Positions 47,694-48,658 of a DNA stretch of 48,658 nucleotides are shown here, piece by piece (position 1 is the stretch's first letter; the number at the start of each line of letters is the position of its first letter). The notes under the pieces were generated by a model. That model was not told the origin of the DNA and searched no databases. It saw only the letters and a program-made list of their open reading frames with translations. The position numbers were made by a program, and so were the translations under genes. Origin of the DNA: Nannocystales bacterium (GTDB taxonomy: Bacteria; Myxococcota_A; Polyangia; Nannocystales; Nannocystaceae); the NCBI GenBank assembly GCA_050633305.1, contig JBOEGF010000067.1:1-48658 (forward strand), given 5' to 3'.

Positions 47694-48461
47694 CTAAGGC
47701 CGGGCGCCTGTGGGCGATGCGGTGCGGTGCTGCTCGATCAATGCTCGGGTCGTCCGAGGGTCATTCGTCAGCACCGCATCGACGTCCATGGACAGGTACC
47801 TGGGCAGGCGTCGATGAAGATCCGGGTCGAGGGGGCAGACCCTCTGGCCGCGAGCGTGGGCTCGTCGCACGTACGCGGGGTTGATCGCGAGCCAGGGCCA
47901 ATACGGACCAAGCAGCTCCGTGGTCGAGTTTGCGTGGGGCCGGGTGATCGCAATATGTCCCGCGACCAGGTCGGGGGCTTGCCGCTTGATCGCCCGAATG
48001 AGGCCGAGGTCTTCGGCGATGATACCCGCGCGTTGTGCCTGGACGCGCGCACCCAGCACGCGAAGAAGCTGCGCGAGTGGTCCGGGGTGACGAAAACTCG
48101 GATCCTTGATCTCCGCGACGATCACGACGTGGGGCGGGGTCTGCTCGACGAGCTGTTGCAACGTCGGGATTCGTTCACCTGCAATGCCGTGCTCGGTGTT
48201 GAGTCGGAGCGTCATCAGCTGGCTCTGCGAGACGGCGGTCACCCGGCGGGGGTCGCCGGTCATGCGCTGCAACGTCGCGTCATGGTGGCAAACGATCTGG
48301 CCGTCGGCGGTGAGCCAAATGTCGGTCTCGATGAGGTCGGCGCCGTGCCGAACGGCCAGGTCGAAGGACGCGAGACTGTTTTCGGGCGCGAGGTCTGAGG
48401 CTCCGCGATGCGCCATCACCCATGGCCGAGGACCCTCCAAGCTGAGCCGTTGCACAGACAC
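47694..48461 (-). CDS. Glycerophosphodiester phosphodiesterase (GDPD)
   Basis: AHRGAS, PENSL, IETDI, CHHD, EIK and TNDP motifs. Confidence 0.92.
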   Translation of the reverse strand: MSVQRLSLEGPRPWVMAHRGASDLAPENSLASFDLAVRHGADLIETDIWLTADGQIVCHHDATLQRMTGDPRRVTAVSQSQLMTLRLNTEHGIAGERIPTLQQLVEQTPPHVVIVAEIKDPSFRHPGPLAQLLRVLGARVQAQRAGIIAEDLGLIRAIKRQAPDLVAGHIAITRPHANSTTELLGPYWPWLAINPAYVRRAHARGQRVCPLDPDLHRRLPRYLSMDVDAVLTNDPRTTRALIEQHRTASPTGARP

Positions 48462-48599
48462 GTGGAGCCCGATCTATCGGGGACCGGGACGGTTCGCAAG
48501 GCGACGAGGGCATGGGCGCTTGAGGATGGGTCCTGTTCGACGGGTATTGGCACCATCCAGCAGACCGACCCCGTCGCGCTTTGCCTCCCGTGAGCGTGA

Positions 48600-48658
48600 T
48601 GTAGTAGCCCCCGCTTTAACCGGACACGTCCGAGACGACGAATCCGATGTCAGACGAA
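48600..48658 (+). mobile_element. Probable left end of a second IS3-family element, truncated by the window edge
   Basis: TGTAGTAGCCCCCGCTTTAACCGGACAC resembles IS3-family 5'-TG terminal repeats; ATG at 48647 opens a frame that runs off the end. Confidence 0.5.

Overview
High-GC, gene-dense window that looks myxobacterial (Nannocystaceae-like; inferred from many lipoproteins with S/T/G/D-rich linkers, Myxococcus Cys-rich repeats and an ECF/Ser-Thr kinase pair). In order: a repeat-rich, structured non-coding block (1-610); phoD; a VWA lipoprotein; a long co-directional run (giant PilZ protein, geranylgeranyl-reductase-like flavoprotein, GT-C-like membrane protein, UbiA prenyltransferase, second GT-C-like protein, Cys-rich lipoprotein); a three-gene MNIO (DUF692, ChrH-like) RiPP cassette whose precursor is a 157-aa lipoprotein ending in CPACGRG; DUF885, metzincin and other lipoproteins; a lipobox-bearing TcB/Rhs-HINT toxin with a candidate immunity gene; a complete IS3-family element with a 3-bp target duplication; an AraC/MBL-hydrolase pair; a divergent kinase/ECF sigma pair; an M48 peptidase; a second toxin cassette (adaptor-like ORF, beta-rich protein with an atypical CAAP...SCxxC deaminase-like tip, SUKH immunity protein); another Cys-rich lipoprotein; a GDPD; and a probable IS end at the right edge. 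Best candidates for undescribed systems: the lipoprotein-precursor MNIO cassette, the atypical deaminase-like toxin cassette and the GGR/UbiA/GT-C operon. All family calls come from reading motifs by eye; no searches were run.
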